Shown here in pieces: positions 26,879 to 36,403 of a stretch of DNA of 38,931 bases. How positions within the stretch are numbered: the first letter of the stretch is position 1; every line of letters begins with the position of its first letter. A program made the translations under genes and the position numbers. Source of the DNA: a virus (lineage: Duplodnaviria; Caudoviricetes); the IMG/VR virus record IMGVR_UViG_3300037422_000656, positions 1-38,931 of that record, one strand, 5' to 3'. The notes beneath the pieces are model-generated. The model was given only the letters and a program-made list of their open reading frames with translations, was not told the DNA's origin and made no database searches.

Positions 26879-27496
26879 TCAGCGCAGCCGCCAATGCTCG
26901 ACCAGCCGGTCGAGCGCCAGGCGCAACGTGGTCAGCCCCTCGACCGAGGCCCGCTTGCCGCGGTAGAGGCCGTTGGCCTGCGCCCAGTCGGCGGCGCTCT
27001 GCTCCATGACGCAGACCGCGACCACCACGGCGGCCAGCTTGCCCGACTTGCCCAGCACCTGCATGGCCTCGAGCCAGTCGCCGCGCGCCCCGTCGCGCGC
27101 CGCCAGGTAATCCTCGGCCGTGCCGGCGCTGCGCGGCAGGTCGGTGTAGCGCATGGTGACCCGCGGCATCAGTCCGGCGCGGAACGCCAGCGCCGCCAGC
27201 TTGTCGGCGGCGCGCCACTGCCCCTCGTCGAGATCGCCGCGGCTGCGGTAGCGGTCGATCAGGCGCTGGTCGGCGACCCGCTTGACCACCGCCTCGATGC
27301 CATCGACCGAGGTCATGTCGTCGGCCAGCTTGTGGTGACGCGCCAGTTCCGGCGTGCCACGATCGCCGTCCTTGATGGCGGTCAGCTTCAGGCGGCGCTG
27401 CCGCCGTTGGCGCGCCCGCTGCGCCCGCGGATCCTGGCGCGCACCGATACCGATGGCGCCCTTTTGCTGTTCAATGATGCGGGTCATGGCAGGCAT
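26879..27496 (-). CDS. DUF6456-family putative antiterminator/activator (GafZ-like, GafA C-terminus-like)
   Basis: DRYRSRGDLDEGQWRAADKL, VVVAVCV.EQS and C-terminal LRLALDRLVEHW pattern. Directly upstream of the late promoter and terS. Confidence 0.75.
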   Translation of the reverse strand: MPAMTRIIEQQKGAIGIGARQDPRAQRARQRRQRRLKLTAIKDGDRGTPELARHHKLADDMTSVDGIEAVVKRVADQRLIDRYRSRGDLDEGQWRAADKLAALAFRAGLMPRVTMRYTDLPRSAGTAEDYLAARDGARGDWLEAMQVLGKSGKLAAVVVAVCVMEQSAADWAQANGLYRGKRASVEGLTTLRLALDRLVEHWRLR

Positions 27497-27682
27497 CCCT
27501 CGGTGTGGCGGTGGCGACGCGTCATGTCGCCGGCAGCCGGCGGCGACCGGCCGTCCACGGACCGGGCAGACCGCACGATGCTGCGCCGGCTTGTCGGTGA
27601 TCGCATGTCGGCTCCCTTCGGACGGACGCGGCCGACGCGCGGCACAGCAAAATCGGCAGCGGCGCTGGTTGAATAACAGGCG

Positions 27683-27714
27683 ATAGTAAATATATTTTTG
27701 CCATAGTCAATGGC
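27683..27714 (-). promoter_or_regulatory. Promoter of the DUF6456 gene with an overlapping palindrome (candidate operator)
   Basis: -35 TTGACT (27710-27705), 16-nt spacer, -10 TACTAT (27688-27683). Palindrome GCCAT-N5-ATGGC (27700-27714) covers the -35. Confidence 0.55.
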
Positions 27715-27820
27715 TAACATGCCGCTTCCCAAAGCGATATGGCGTGATTACCATTGCGTTGTGGATAACGGGCTGCCGCCGGCCGATGCGGGCGGCCCCG
27801 AGACAGCAGAGGCCTCCGCC

Positions 27821-28486
27821 ATGACCGACAACAACGAGTCCGTCCGCGCCCTCATCGACCGCCTGCTGCGCGAGCGGGGCATCACCTTCGCCGAGGCGTC
27901 GCGGCGCATGGGCAAGAACGAGACCTACCTGTTCGGCTTCATCCGCCGCGGCAAGCCGCGCAAACTGGCCGAGGACGCCCGCATCGCATTGGCTCAGATG
28001 CTTGAGCTGCCGGACGACAAGGTGCTGAAGACCGGGGGCGGGCCACCGACGCCCCTGCCACCATCCAACGTGCGGCCGGCCAGCGGCAGCACGAGCTATG
28101 GTCAGCGCGACTTACCGATCCGCGGTCGCGCCCAGGGCGGGCCGGACGGTGTCATCCACCTCGGCGACGGCACGATCGACTGGACGTGGCGCAGCCCGGA
28201 ACTGGCCAGCGTGCGCGACGCCTACGCTCTGTATGTCGACGGCGATTCAATGTCCGACTTCAATCTGCCGCACGGCAGCATCGTGTTCGTGCATCCGCAT
28301 CGGCGACCCCAGCCCGGCCGGATCTGCGTGCTGGTGCTGAACTCCGGCGCCGCCTACGTGAAACGGCTGGACCGCGTCACCCAGTCAAAGGTCGTGGTCT
28401 CGCAAAGCAATCCGCCGCGCTCGCTGGAATTCCCGGCCGCGGAAGTCTCCGATCTGCATATGGTGACCAGTGCCGTGTTTGCGTGA
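27821..28486 (+). CDS. HTH + S24 peptidase repressor (CI/LexA-like, RogA-like architecture)
   Basis: N-terminal HTH (FAEASRRMGKNETYL..RGKPRKL), catalytic Ser in VDGDSM and Lys in YVKRL. Start MTDNNE after AGAGG. Confidence 0.88.
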   Translation: MTDNNESVRALIDRLLRERGITFAEASRRMGKNETYLFGFIRRGKPRKLAEDARIALAQMLELPDDKVLKTGGGPPTPLPPSNVRPASGSTSYGQRDLPIRGRAQGGPDGVIHLGDGTIDWTWRSPELASVRDAYALYVDGDSMSDFNLPHGSIVFVHPHRRPQPGRICVLVLNSGAAYVKRLDRVTQSKVVVSQSNPPRSLEFPAAEVSDLHMVTSAVFA

Positions 28487-28530
28487 AACGATACGCCGCG
28501 CATTTCTCCACAGCCATGGCACGACGCCTA

Positions 28531-28559
28531 TTGACACGGTGGGGCATAAATACTATAAA
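28531..28559 (+). promoter_or_regulatory. Near-consensus sigma70 promoter downstream of the repressor
   Basis: TTGACA (28531-28536), 17 nt, TATAAA (28554-28559). Confidence 0.65.
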
Positions 28560-28589
28560 CAATGCCATTACATTACCGGACGCGATGGC

Positions 28590-29057
28590 ATGAACTGCGG
28601 GTCACCAGTGGCATGGACAACGCTTTGCCAGGAGGTACGCCGCCCCTGGTGCCCGGCTTGGCGGGGCGTCCTGCCGACGCGCGGCGCGCCGGCGCCAACC
28701 TCGGCGCCGCTCGCGATTGCCATCTGCGCTCTGTTTGGTGCGCCTCGGACGTTCGACACCGAAGCGGCGGCCGCGACGTGGCGGGCGCTTGGCCCGCTGG
28801 CGCTCAATGCCGCCGGGCTATGGCGCGATCTGGCCTATGACCGCGAGATGCTGCGCGCCCATCTGGATTGTGTCCGCCACTGGCGCGGACGAGGCGACCA
28901 GCGCCAGGCCGCGATGGCTGCCAGCGAGCTTGCCCGTCGTTGGACGCGCTATCGGCGCGACATGCGACGGTTGGCCGACGCTGTCGACGCGGTGCGCGCG
29001 GCGCTCATGCCGCGACCGGGCCAACGCGCGGCGTCGCGACACGAAGTGGCCGCCTGA
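28590..29057 (+). CDS. Hypothetical helical protein, start uncertain
   Basis: ORF behind a strong promoter. The C-terminal half reads like an amphipathic helical protein ending EVAA. The 5' part is ambiguous. Confidence 0.4.
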   Translation: MNCGSPVAWTTLCQEVRRPWCPAWRGVLPTRGAPAPTSAPLAIAICALFGAPRTFDTEAAAATWRALGPLALNAAGLWRDLAYDREMLRAHLDCVRHWRGRGDQRQAAMAASELARRWTRYRRDMRRLADAVDAVRAALMPRPGQRAASRHEVAA

Positions 29058-29346
29058 CAGCGACCGGCCTTTTGCCCGCGCATCTCGGGGATTGCCGTCA
29101 GCATCGGCCATGGCGTGCGCTGCTCGATGTCTGGCGCGGCGGTTTCGGCACGGCAGACGTTGGCGCGGATCGCGCGGCCGACGGATTGAAGCGGCTCCAC
29201 GACCGGGTTCGACACGCCGGGTTTCGGCCAGCCCAGGACTTGCAGCAAACGTCACGCACAAGACGCGCGCATGGCTGCCAACGTCGCGATGTGCCTCGAG
29301 GCGCATCGGCACACAGCTCGAATTCAGCAACGCGGGCCAGAAAGCG

Positions 29347-29421
29347 TGGTGGGCGCGACAGGGATTGAACCTGTGACCCCTACCATGTCAAGGTAGTGCT
29401 CTCCCGCTGAGCTACGCGCCC
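29347..29421 (-). tRNA. trnV: tRNA-Val (GAC)
   Basis: GGGCGCGTAGCTCAGCGGGAGAGCA-CTACC-TTGACAT-GGTAG-GGGTCACAGGTTCAATCCCTGTCGCGCCCACCA: full cloverleaf with encoded CCA. Confidence 0.97.
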
Positions 29422-29578
29422 GCACGCCTATTGCCCCCTGCATCGTGAAGGGCTTCCGGCGAGGTCGGCGCGGTGTTAGCCGATCATCCGGCGCTTGGCA
29501 AGACGCCGGTGATCCACGCCGCGCCGTTGATGTCCGCCGATGGGGTGACGCGGCCGGCGATTCCGTCTATGCAAGGTC

Positions 29579-30472
29579 ATGGAGTCGCTCGCCCCGATCG
29601 ACATTCTGCGTCCGCTGGCGCAGTCCTTGCCCGTGGTCCTGGCTTCGCCGCACAGCGGTGCCGCCTACCCGGCCGACTTCCTGGAACAGACGCATCTTGA
29701 TGTTGCCGTCCTGCGCCGCTCGGAGGACGCCTTTGTCGACGATCTCTTCGCACCGGCAGTCGACCGCGGCGTGCCGCTCTTGCGGGCGCTGTTCCCGCGT
29801 GCCTATGTCGACGCCAATCGCGAGCCCTACGAGATCGATCCCGCCATGGTTGACGGCCGCCTGCCGGCCTTCGCGAACACGCGATCGCCACGGGTCGCGG
29901 CCGGCCTGGGGACGGTGCCCCGGGTGGCCTTCGACGGGCAGGCCATCTACCGCGGCAAGTTGCGGCTGTCCGAGCTCGAACGACGCATCGCCTGGTATTA
30001 TCGGCCCTACCACGCGGCGCTCGAGCGGCTCATTGCCGAGACCCGCGAACGGTTCGGCCATTGTATCCTGATCGACTGCCACTCGATGCCCTCGACATCA
30101 CCGGGCAGGCCGCAGCCGCCCGTCGGTCGGGTCGATTTCGTTTTGGGCGACAACCATGGCGCCGCCTGCGCGCCGGCACTGACGGCCTTGGCCGAGCAAT
30201 GGCTCGACCTTCACGGTTACCGCGTGGTGCGCAACCAGCCCTACGCCGGCGGCTACACCACCCAGCACTACGGCGCACCGAGCCAAGGCGTGCACGTCCT
30301 GCAAATCGAGATCAACCGCGCGCTCTACATGGACGAGCGCGCGTTGCGCCCGACGCCGGCCTTCGCCCTGCTCGCCCGGCGCCTTGCCGACCTGATCGAC
30401 GATATCGGCCGCACCAGCCTGGGCCATTCGGCGTTTCCCGCTTGGATCGCTGCCCGCAACGCCGCCGAATAG
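29579..30472 (+). CDS. N-formylglutamate amidohydrolase
   Basis: SPHSG..YP, SEDAFVDDLF, RAYVDANR, YYRPYH, IDCHSMPS, NQPYAGG and QIEINRALY motifs. Confidence 0.93.
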   Translation: MESLAPIDILRPLAQSLPVVLASPHSGAAYPADFLEQTHLDVAVLRRSEDAFVDDLFAPAVDRGVPLLRALFPRAYVDANREPYEIDPAMVDGRLPAFANTRSPRVAAGLGTVPRVAFDGQAIYRGKLRLSELERRIAWYYRPYHAALERLIAETRERFGHCILIDCHSMPSTSPGRPQPPVGRVDFVLGDNHGAACAPALTALAEQWLDLHGYRVVRNQPYAGGYTTQHYGAPSQGVHVLQIEINRALYMDERALRPTPAFALLARRLADLIDDIGRTSLGHSAFPAWIAARNAAE

Positions 30473-30544
30473 CCGCGGCCGGCGCCTGCGCCTGAGTCGC
30501 GTTCAGGTCGGGCAGACGCACGCCCCGACGCGCCGCGCCCTGAC

Positions 30545-30612
30545 AAAAGAAAAGGCGGTGTCGATCGACACCGCCCGAGTTTTAGGGAGGAAACGCCCAA
30601 GACGGGCATATG
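30545..30612 (-). ncRNA. suhB / MmgR (alpha-r8) family small RNA
   Basis: Minus strand: hairpin GCCCGTCTTGGGC, conserved TTTCCTCCCTAAA, terminator GGCGGTGTCG..CGACACCGCC-TTTT. Located downstream of an N-formylglutamate amidohydrolase gene. 5' end approximate. Confidence 0.8.
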
Positions 30613-30942
30613 ACAAACACAGAGGCCGACAAGCGGCGTTTGTCACAGATCAAATATGGTGCACCTGCGAACGGAAATCAAGAGGACTCAAATTCGTTAC
30701 TTTTCAATTCACTAAATGGCTGTTTACCTGGATTTGGCTGTTGCGGTTCTGCAACGCAGCAGAAATTTACATGCGTCTCATGCATTTTCCTCATCCCACA
30801 TCCCAACGAACCCCGCTTGGAAATCCGCGCCGCGCGCGGGCAACATGACGCCACATCAAAGCCTTAGGCCCGGTCCGTGGCGGCCGGTCCGACGGTCGCC
30901 CCGTGATGGATGAAGCTTCCGGATCCGCAGCTGGAGACAGGC

Positions 30943-32445
30943 ATGGCCCGCCGCAAGATCGTCATCGCCATGATGATGCACGAAACGAATACCTTCTCCC
31001 CGGTCCCCACCCCCCTGGCGTCGTTTGGTCGCATGGGGGCGATGGCGGGTGACGCGGCGATCGCGGAATTTACCGGGACCAACACCCAGATCGGCGGCTT
31101 TATCGGCGTGGCGCGCGACATCGGCGCCGACTTTGCCGTCCCGATGGCCGCCAGCGCCCATCCCTCGGGCCTCGTCCAAGAGGCCGCCTACGAGGAGATG
31201 TGCGGCGCCATTGTCGGCGCCATTCGCCAGGGCTGTGATGCCGCCTTCCTGGCCCTGCATGGCGCCATGGTGGCCGAGCATTTCGACGACGGCGAAGGCG
31301 AGCTGCTGCGGCGCATCCGGGCCATCGCGCCTGACCTGCCGATCGCCGTCGGGCTGGACTTCCACGCCCAGATGACGGCGGCCATGGTCGACAACGCCAC
31401 GGTGGTGACCGGCTACCGCACCTATCCACACATCGACATGGGCCATACCGCCGAGCGCGCCGCGCGCACCTTGGTGCGCGCCATGAACGGCGAGGTGCAG
31501 CCGAAGATGGTCTGGGGCTTCCGGCCGATGCTGACCAGCACCTTGTCGCACACGCCCTCGCGCCAACCGATGAAAGACATCATGGACCGCGCCAACACGG
31601 CAGAGGATTCAGGCCACGTGCTCAACGCCTCGGTGTTCGGCGGCTTCCCACAGGCGGACATCCCCCATCTTTCATGCTCAGCCGTCATTGTTTGCGACCG
31701 CCGCATCGCCGAAGGCGAGATCCTGTTGAACCAGCTGCTCGACACGGCGTGGGAAAGACGCGAGGCCTTCCTTTACACCGGCGAGAAGCTGTCGGCCCAG
31801 GTGGCGCGCGCCAAGACCTTGGACGGCGGGCCGATCATCCTGGCCGACCATGGCGACAACACCGCCTCGGGCGGCACGCAGGACGTCATGAGCGTGGTCG
31901 AGGAGGCGATCAAGCAAGGCTTGCAGGACGTCGCCGCCGGGCCGATCTGGGATCCGATCAGCGTCGCCCGCATGATCGAGGCCGGGGTCGGCGCCACCGT
32001 GACCTTGGAGCTCGGCGGCAAGGTCGACATGCCGCAGCTCAATCTCAAGGGCAAACCGCTCAAAGTGACCGGCACGGTCAAATGCATCACCGACGGCGAG
32101 TTCGTCGTCACCGGCCCGATGGCGACCGGCACCAAGGTGCGTATGGGCCGCACCGCCGTGCTCGACACCGGCGCCATGCAGATCGTGGTCTCGGAAAACC
32201 GCAGCGAGCCCTACGACCTCGGCGTCTTCACCCATTGCGGCATCGACCCGCGGCGCAAAAAGTACGTGCTGATCAAGTCGCGCCAGCATTTCCGCGCCGG
32301 TTTCGAGCCGATCGCCAGGCACATCGTGATGTGCGACGGCGACGGCGTGACCAGCTCGGACCTCAAGCTGTTCGACTACAAGAAGCGCCGCCAGCCGCTT
32401 TACCCCTTCGAGCCCGACCTGCAGCTGGGCCGCAACGAGCCGTAG
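30943..32445 (+). CDS. M81-family metallopeptidase (MlrC-like)
   Basis: HETNTFSP, LHGAMV, DFHA, YRTYPHID, DNTASGG and KSRQHFRAGF motifs. Start MARRK after GGAG. Confidence 0.9.
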   Translation: MARRKIVIAMMMHETNTFSPVPTPLASFGRMGAMAGDAAIAEFTGTNTQIGGFIGVARDIGADFAVPMAASAHPSGLVQEAAYEEMCGAIVGAIRQGCDAAFLALHGAMVAEHFDDGEGELLRRIRAIAPDLPIAVGLDFHAQMTAAMVDNATVVTGYRTYPHIDMGHTAERAARTLVRAMNGEVQPKMVWGFRPMLTSTLSHTPSRQPMKDIMDRANTAEDSGHVLNASVFGGFPQADIPHLSCSAVIVCDRRIAEGEILLNQLLDTAWERREAFLYTGEKLSAQVARAKTLDGGPIILADHGDNTASGGTQDVMSVVEEAIKQGLQDVAAGPIWDPISVARMIEAGVGATVTLELGGKVDMPQLNLKGKPLKVTGTVKCITDGEFVVTGPMATGTKVRMGRTAVLDTGAMQIVVSENRSEPYDLGVFTHCGIDPRRKKYVLIKSRQHFRAGFEPIARHIVMCDGDGVTSSDLKLFDYKKRRQPLYPFEPDLQLGRNEP

Positions 32446-32769
32446 GCGGCGTGGCGCCGGGCCGCCCGCCGCCGGCCCGACCACGCCCGGCGCGGGCCGG
32501 TTCCAGAGCTCGGACCGCGCCGGCAGGGGCGATCCCCCGGCCCACAGGGCGGCGGCCGGCCGAAATCAAGGTGTTGACCGCCGTATCGCCACACGCACCG
32601 GATAGGCTATAACAGCACCAACGGCAGGACCTTGGGGCTTTCAGGGCACATGTCGCGCTCACCATCGTGACGCCGCCGGTCGGCGGCACGGCGATGGGCG
32701 GAAAGTGAGACGCGGGCTTCGACGCCCGCGAGCGGTCCGCCACGCGGCGGATCAAAAAAAGGCGAAAAA

Positions 32770-34554
32770 ATGGCATCCCCCGAGCTGTTCCATTTCGTGA
32801 TGATCAAGCCGACGCATTACGACGACGACGGCTACCCGATCCAATGGCTACGCTCAGCGATCCCGGCCAACACCTTGGCGGCCGTGCATGGCCTGGCGCT
32901 CGACTGCCAGAAGCGGCAGGTGCTCGGGCCCGACGTCGAGCTGCGCCTGTCGGCCTATGACGAGACCAACTTCCGCATCCGGCCGCGCCGGATCGTCGCC
33001 GACATCCAGCGCGCCGGCGGCCGCTCGCTGATCGCCTTCATCGGCGTGCAGTCCAACCAATTTCCGCGCACCATGGATCTGGCGCGCCAGTTCCTGGCGC
33101 TGGGCATGCGGGTCGCGATCGGCGGCTTTCACGTCTCGGGCTGTATCTCGATGCTGGCCGAGCTGCCGGCGGAAATCCGCGAGGCGCAGGCGCTGGGCAT
33201 CGCGATCTTCGCCGGCGAGGCCGAGGACGGCGCGCTCGACGAGGTGCTGCGCGACGCCTGGGCCGGCACCCTGAAGCCGCTCTACAACCGCATGGACAAG
33301 CTGCCGGCGCTCGAAGGCCAGCCGGTGCCGATGCTGTGGCGCGACGCGGTCAGCCGCACCGAGGGCCACCGCTCCAGCTTCGACCTCGGCCGCGGCTGCC
33401 CTTTCCAATGCTCGTTCTGCACCATCATCAACGTGCAGGGCCGCAAGAGCCGCTTCCGAACGCCCGACGATCTGGAGCTGATCATCCGCGACAACGCCAA
33501 GCAGGGCGTGCGCAAGTTCTTCATCACCGACGACAATTTCGCGCGCAACAAGGACTGGGAACATCTGTTCGACCGGCTGATCCACCTGCGGCAGACCGAA
33601 GGCCTGAAGTTCAAGCTGGTGATCCAGGTCGACACACTCTGCCACAAGATCCCGGGCTTCATCGAGAAGGCGGCCAAGGCCGGCGTCAACCGCGCCTTCA
33701 TCGGGCTGGAGAACATCAACCCCGACAATCTGATGGCCGCCAAGAAGCGGCAGAACAAGATCACCGAATACCGCTACATGCTGCAGAAGTGGCGCCAGCA
33801 CGGTGTGACGACCTACGCCGGCTACATCCTCGGCTTCCCCAACGACACGCGCGAGTCGATCCTGCGCGACATCGAAATCATCAAGCGCGAGCTGCCGGTC
33901 GACCTGCTGGAGTTCTTCTTCCTGACGCCGCTGCCGGGCTCGGAGGACCACAAGAACCTGCTCGCCAGCAAGATCTGGATGGACCCCGACCTCAACAAAT
34001 ACGACCTCAACCACCGGGTCACGCACCACGCGCGGATGTCGGACGCCGAATGGGAGCGGGTCTACGAAGAAGCGTGGCACGCCTACTACAGCCCCGAGCA
34101 CTTCAAGACCGTGATCAGCCGCGCCGCCGCCCTGCCCGACGGCCGGCCGCGCGCCAAGATGCGGCTGATGCTGTGGTTCTACATGATGCTGTGCATCGAG
34201 AAGGTGCATCCGCTGGAAGGCGGCGTGTTCCGCCGCAAGTACCGCACCGACCGCCGCGCCGGCCGGCCGATCGAGAGCCCGCTGGTGTTCTATCCGAAAT
34301 ACTGGGCCGAGACGGCCGGCAAGGCCTGGCGCTACGCCAAGATGTTCTGGGACGGCTGGCGCATCTACCGCGGCGTGGCGCGCGATCCGGCGCACGCCCG
34401 TTACACCGATCTCGCCATCACGCCGCCGAGCGAAGGCGAGCTCGAGGCGCTGGAGATCTTCAGCCAGACCGCTGGCGGCAAGGCGGCGGTCGCCAAGAAG
34501 CACCGCGAGGACGACCAGCGCGCCAAGCTCGCCCGCCTGCAGGCGGCGGAGTAG
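32770..34554 (+). CDS. Radical SAM protein with B12-binding-like N-terminal domain
   Basis: GRGCPFQCSFC (CxxxCxxC), ITDDNF, FIGLEN, YILGFP, TPLPGS, GGFHVSG. Confidence 0.9.
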   Translation: MASPELFHFVMIKPTHYDDDGYPIQWLRSAIPANTLAAVHGLALDCQKRQVLGPDVELRLSAYDETNFRIRPRRIVADIQRAGGRSLIAFIGVQSNQFPRTMDLARQFLALGMRVAIGGFHVSGCISMLAELPAEIREAQALGIAIFAGEAEDGALDEVLRDAWAGTLKPLYNRMDKLPALEGQPVPMLWRDAVSRTEGHRSSFDLGRGCPFQCSFCTIINVQGRKSRFRTPDDLELIIRDNAKQGVRKFFITDDNFARNKDWEHLFDRLIHLRQTEGLKFKLVIQVDTLCHKIPGFIEKAAKAGVNRAFIGLENINPDNLMAAKKRQNKITEYRYMLQKWRQHGVTTYAGYILGFPNDTRESILRDIEIIKRELPVDLLEFFFLTPLPGSEDHKNLLASKIWMDPDLNKYDLNHRVTHHARMSDAEWERVYEEAWHAYYSPEHFKTVISRAAALPDGRPRAKMRLMLWFYMMLCIEKVHPLEGGVFRRKYRTDRRAGRPIESPLVFYPKYWAETAGKAWRYAKMFWDGWRIYRGVARDPAHARYTDLAITPPSEGELEALEIFSQTAGGKAAVAKKHREDDQRAKLARLQAAE

Positions 34555-34604
34555 CGGCGGCCGCAAGCAGGGCTATCGTCGACAACTTAGAAGCCTCACC
34601 AATA

Positions 34605-34741
34605 CCTTCCCCCGGAGGGGGAAGGTGGCGCGAAGCGCCGGATGGGGGATGCCGTAACGACATCGGGCTTTCGCCGTTGCATCGAGTTCGATCAGCCATC
34701 CCCCTTCCGCCCTTCGGGCACCTTCCCCCTCCGGGGGAAGG
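34605..34741. repeat. Alphaproteobacterial palindromic intergenic repeat
   Basis: CCTTCCCCCGGAGGGGGAAGGTG and CACCTTCCCCCTCCGGGGGAAGG inverted repeats between convergent genes. Confidence 0.85.
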
Positions 34742-34789
34742 CACTGAAGGTCATGTGCGATAGCCCCGCGACGCCTCCACCGACCGCGT

Positions 34790-36403
34790 TCACGTCGCCG
34801 TCACATAGCCCGCCGCCTCATCCGCCCGTCGTGCGTCGGCCGCGCGTTGCCGCGGATCACCATGCCCGCCGCCGCCCGGTGTCGCCAAGGTCACGGTGTC
34901 GCCGGTGTTCAACACGTATTGCCGCTTGGGATCGACGTTTTCGCCGTTGATCCGCACCTCGCCGGTGGCGCCGGCCGCGCCGCCCTCGATGCCGAAGGCC
35001 GGGATCACGGTGCGCTCGGCGACGAACGACACCGCGATCGGCGTGTCGCTGCGGCTTTCGATCAGGATCTCCTGCCCCAGCCCGCCGCGGCGCGTGCCGG
35101 CGCCGCCGCTGTCGGGCCGCAGCTTCTTGTGATGGAAGCGCAGCGGCGCGATGTGCTCGCTGATCTCGATCGAGGTCGACGACACGTTCGACGGCCAGGA
35201 CAGGCAGGTCATGCCGTCGCCCCGCACGTTGGCGCCCATGCCGCCGTTGTAGAAGAACATGTTGGCATAGGGCTTGCCGTTTGCGTCGACGCCCGACTGG
35301 TTCATGCCCCACAGCGGCGAGCCGCAGGCCGCCATCACGCGCTGCGGCACGATCTGGCCGAGGCAGCCGAACACCAGCATCGGCACGTAGTGGCCGATCA
35401 GCATGCGCGAACCGCCCGAGGCGGGAAACACCGGGTTGACGATGCAGCCCTCCGGCGCGCTGAGCGCGATCGGCCGCCAGGCGCCTTCGTTGTTCGGCAG
35501 ATGCGGCGAGGTACAGACCTTGACGCCGTACATCGCCATGGCGTTGGTGTAGCACAGCGCGCAGTTGATGGCGCGATCGACCTGCCGGTCGGTGCCGGCG
35601 AAGTCGATGGCGATGCGATCGCCCTCGATGGTCAGCGCCATCTTCAAGGTGATCGGCTTGTCCAACAGACCGTCGGTCTGCAGCTCGCTGCGATAGGTGC
35701 CGTCGGGCAGCTCGCGGATGGCGGCGCGCATCGCCACTTCGCAACGCGACTGGATCTCGCGCGCCAGGTCCGCCAGGTCGGGCAGGTCGTGCTGGCGCAT
35801 CAGTTCGACCAGCCGTTCCTCCATCATGTCGAGGGCCACGACCTGGGCCCACAGATCGCCCATCGTCTGCTCGGGCGTGCGCACGTTCTTGCGGATGATC
35901 GTCACCAGGGTCTCGTCGGTCCGGCCGGCCGCCACAAACTTCATCGGCGGGATCTGCAGGCCTTCCTCGAACACCTCGCGCGGCTCGGGGCTGCGGATCT
36001 TGCCGCCGATGTCCGGCAGATGCGCCGTGGTGGCGCTGAAGGCCACCAGCCGCCCGTCGCGGAAGATCGGCTTGGCCAGGGTGACGTCCGGCAGGTGCCC
36101 GGTGCCCAGCCAGATATCGTTGGTGATCAGCACGTCGCCCGGCGCCAGCGACCCAGCGGGGAAGGCAGCGAGGAAGTGCCGCACGGTCTGCGGCAGGGTG
36201 CCGATGAAGCTTGGGATGCTCTCGGTCGCCTGCACCAGCGACTGGCCGTCGGCGTCGGTGATGACACAGGAGAAGTCGTAGCTTTCGCGCACCAAGGTCG
36301 AAAAGCTGGTGCGCACCATGGCGGCCGCCGCCTCGTCGACCAGCGAGATCAGCCGACGCCACAGCAGTTCGAGTTCGATCGGATCGAAGGTGCGAACCAT
36401 CAC
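34790..36403 (-). CDS. Hydantoinase B / oxoprolinase family protein
   Basis: RTSFSTLVRESYD, GDVLITND, HLPDIGG, EEGLQIPP, DSGGAG.RRGGLG, TPGGGGHGDP. Confidence 0.93.
   Translation of the reverse strand: MMVRTFDPIELELLWRRLISLVDEAAAAMVRTSFSTLVRESYDFSCVITDADGQSLVQATESIPSFIGTLPQTVRHFLAAFPAGSLAPGDVLITNDIWLGTGHLPDVTLAKPIFRDGRLVAFSATTAHLPDIGGKIRSPEPREVFEEGLQIPPMKFVAAGRTDETLVTIIRKNVRTPEQTMGDLWAQVVALDMMEERLVELMRQHDLPDLADLAREIQSRCEVAMRAAIRELPDGTYRSELQTDGLLDKPITLKMALTIEGDRIAIDFAGTDRQVDRAINCALCYTNAMAMYGVKVCTSPHLPNNEGAWRPIALSAPEGCIVNPVFPASGGSRMLIGHYVPMLVFGCLGQIVPQRVMAACGSPLWGMNQSGVDANGKPYANMFFYNGGMGANVRGDGMTCLSWPSNVSSTSIEISEHIAPLRFHHKKLRPDSGGAGTRRGGLGQEILIESRSDTPIAVSFVAERTVIPAFGIEGGAAGATGEVRINGENVDPKRQYVLNTGDTVTLATPGGGGHGDPRQRAADARRADEAAGYVTAT

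Larger units (their letters stand above)
1..29346 (-). mobile_element. Podovirus-derived prophage remnant or GTA-like element adjacent to tRNA-Val, left end outside the window
   Basis: Continuous run of phage morphogenesis and regulatory genes ending at the tRNA 3' end. No integrase seen. Confidence 0.8.
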
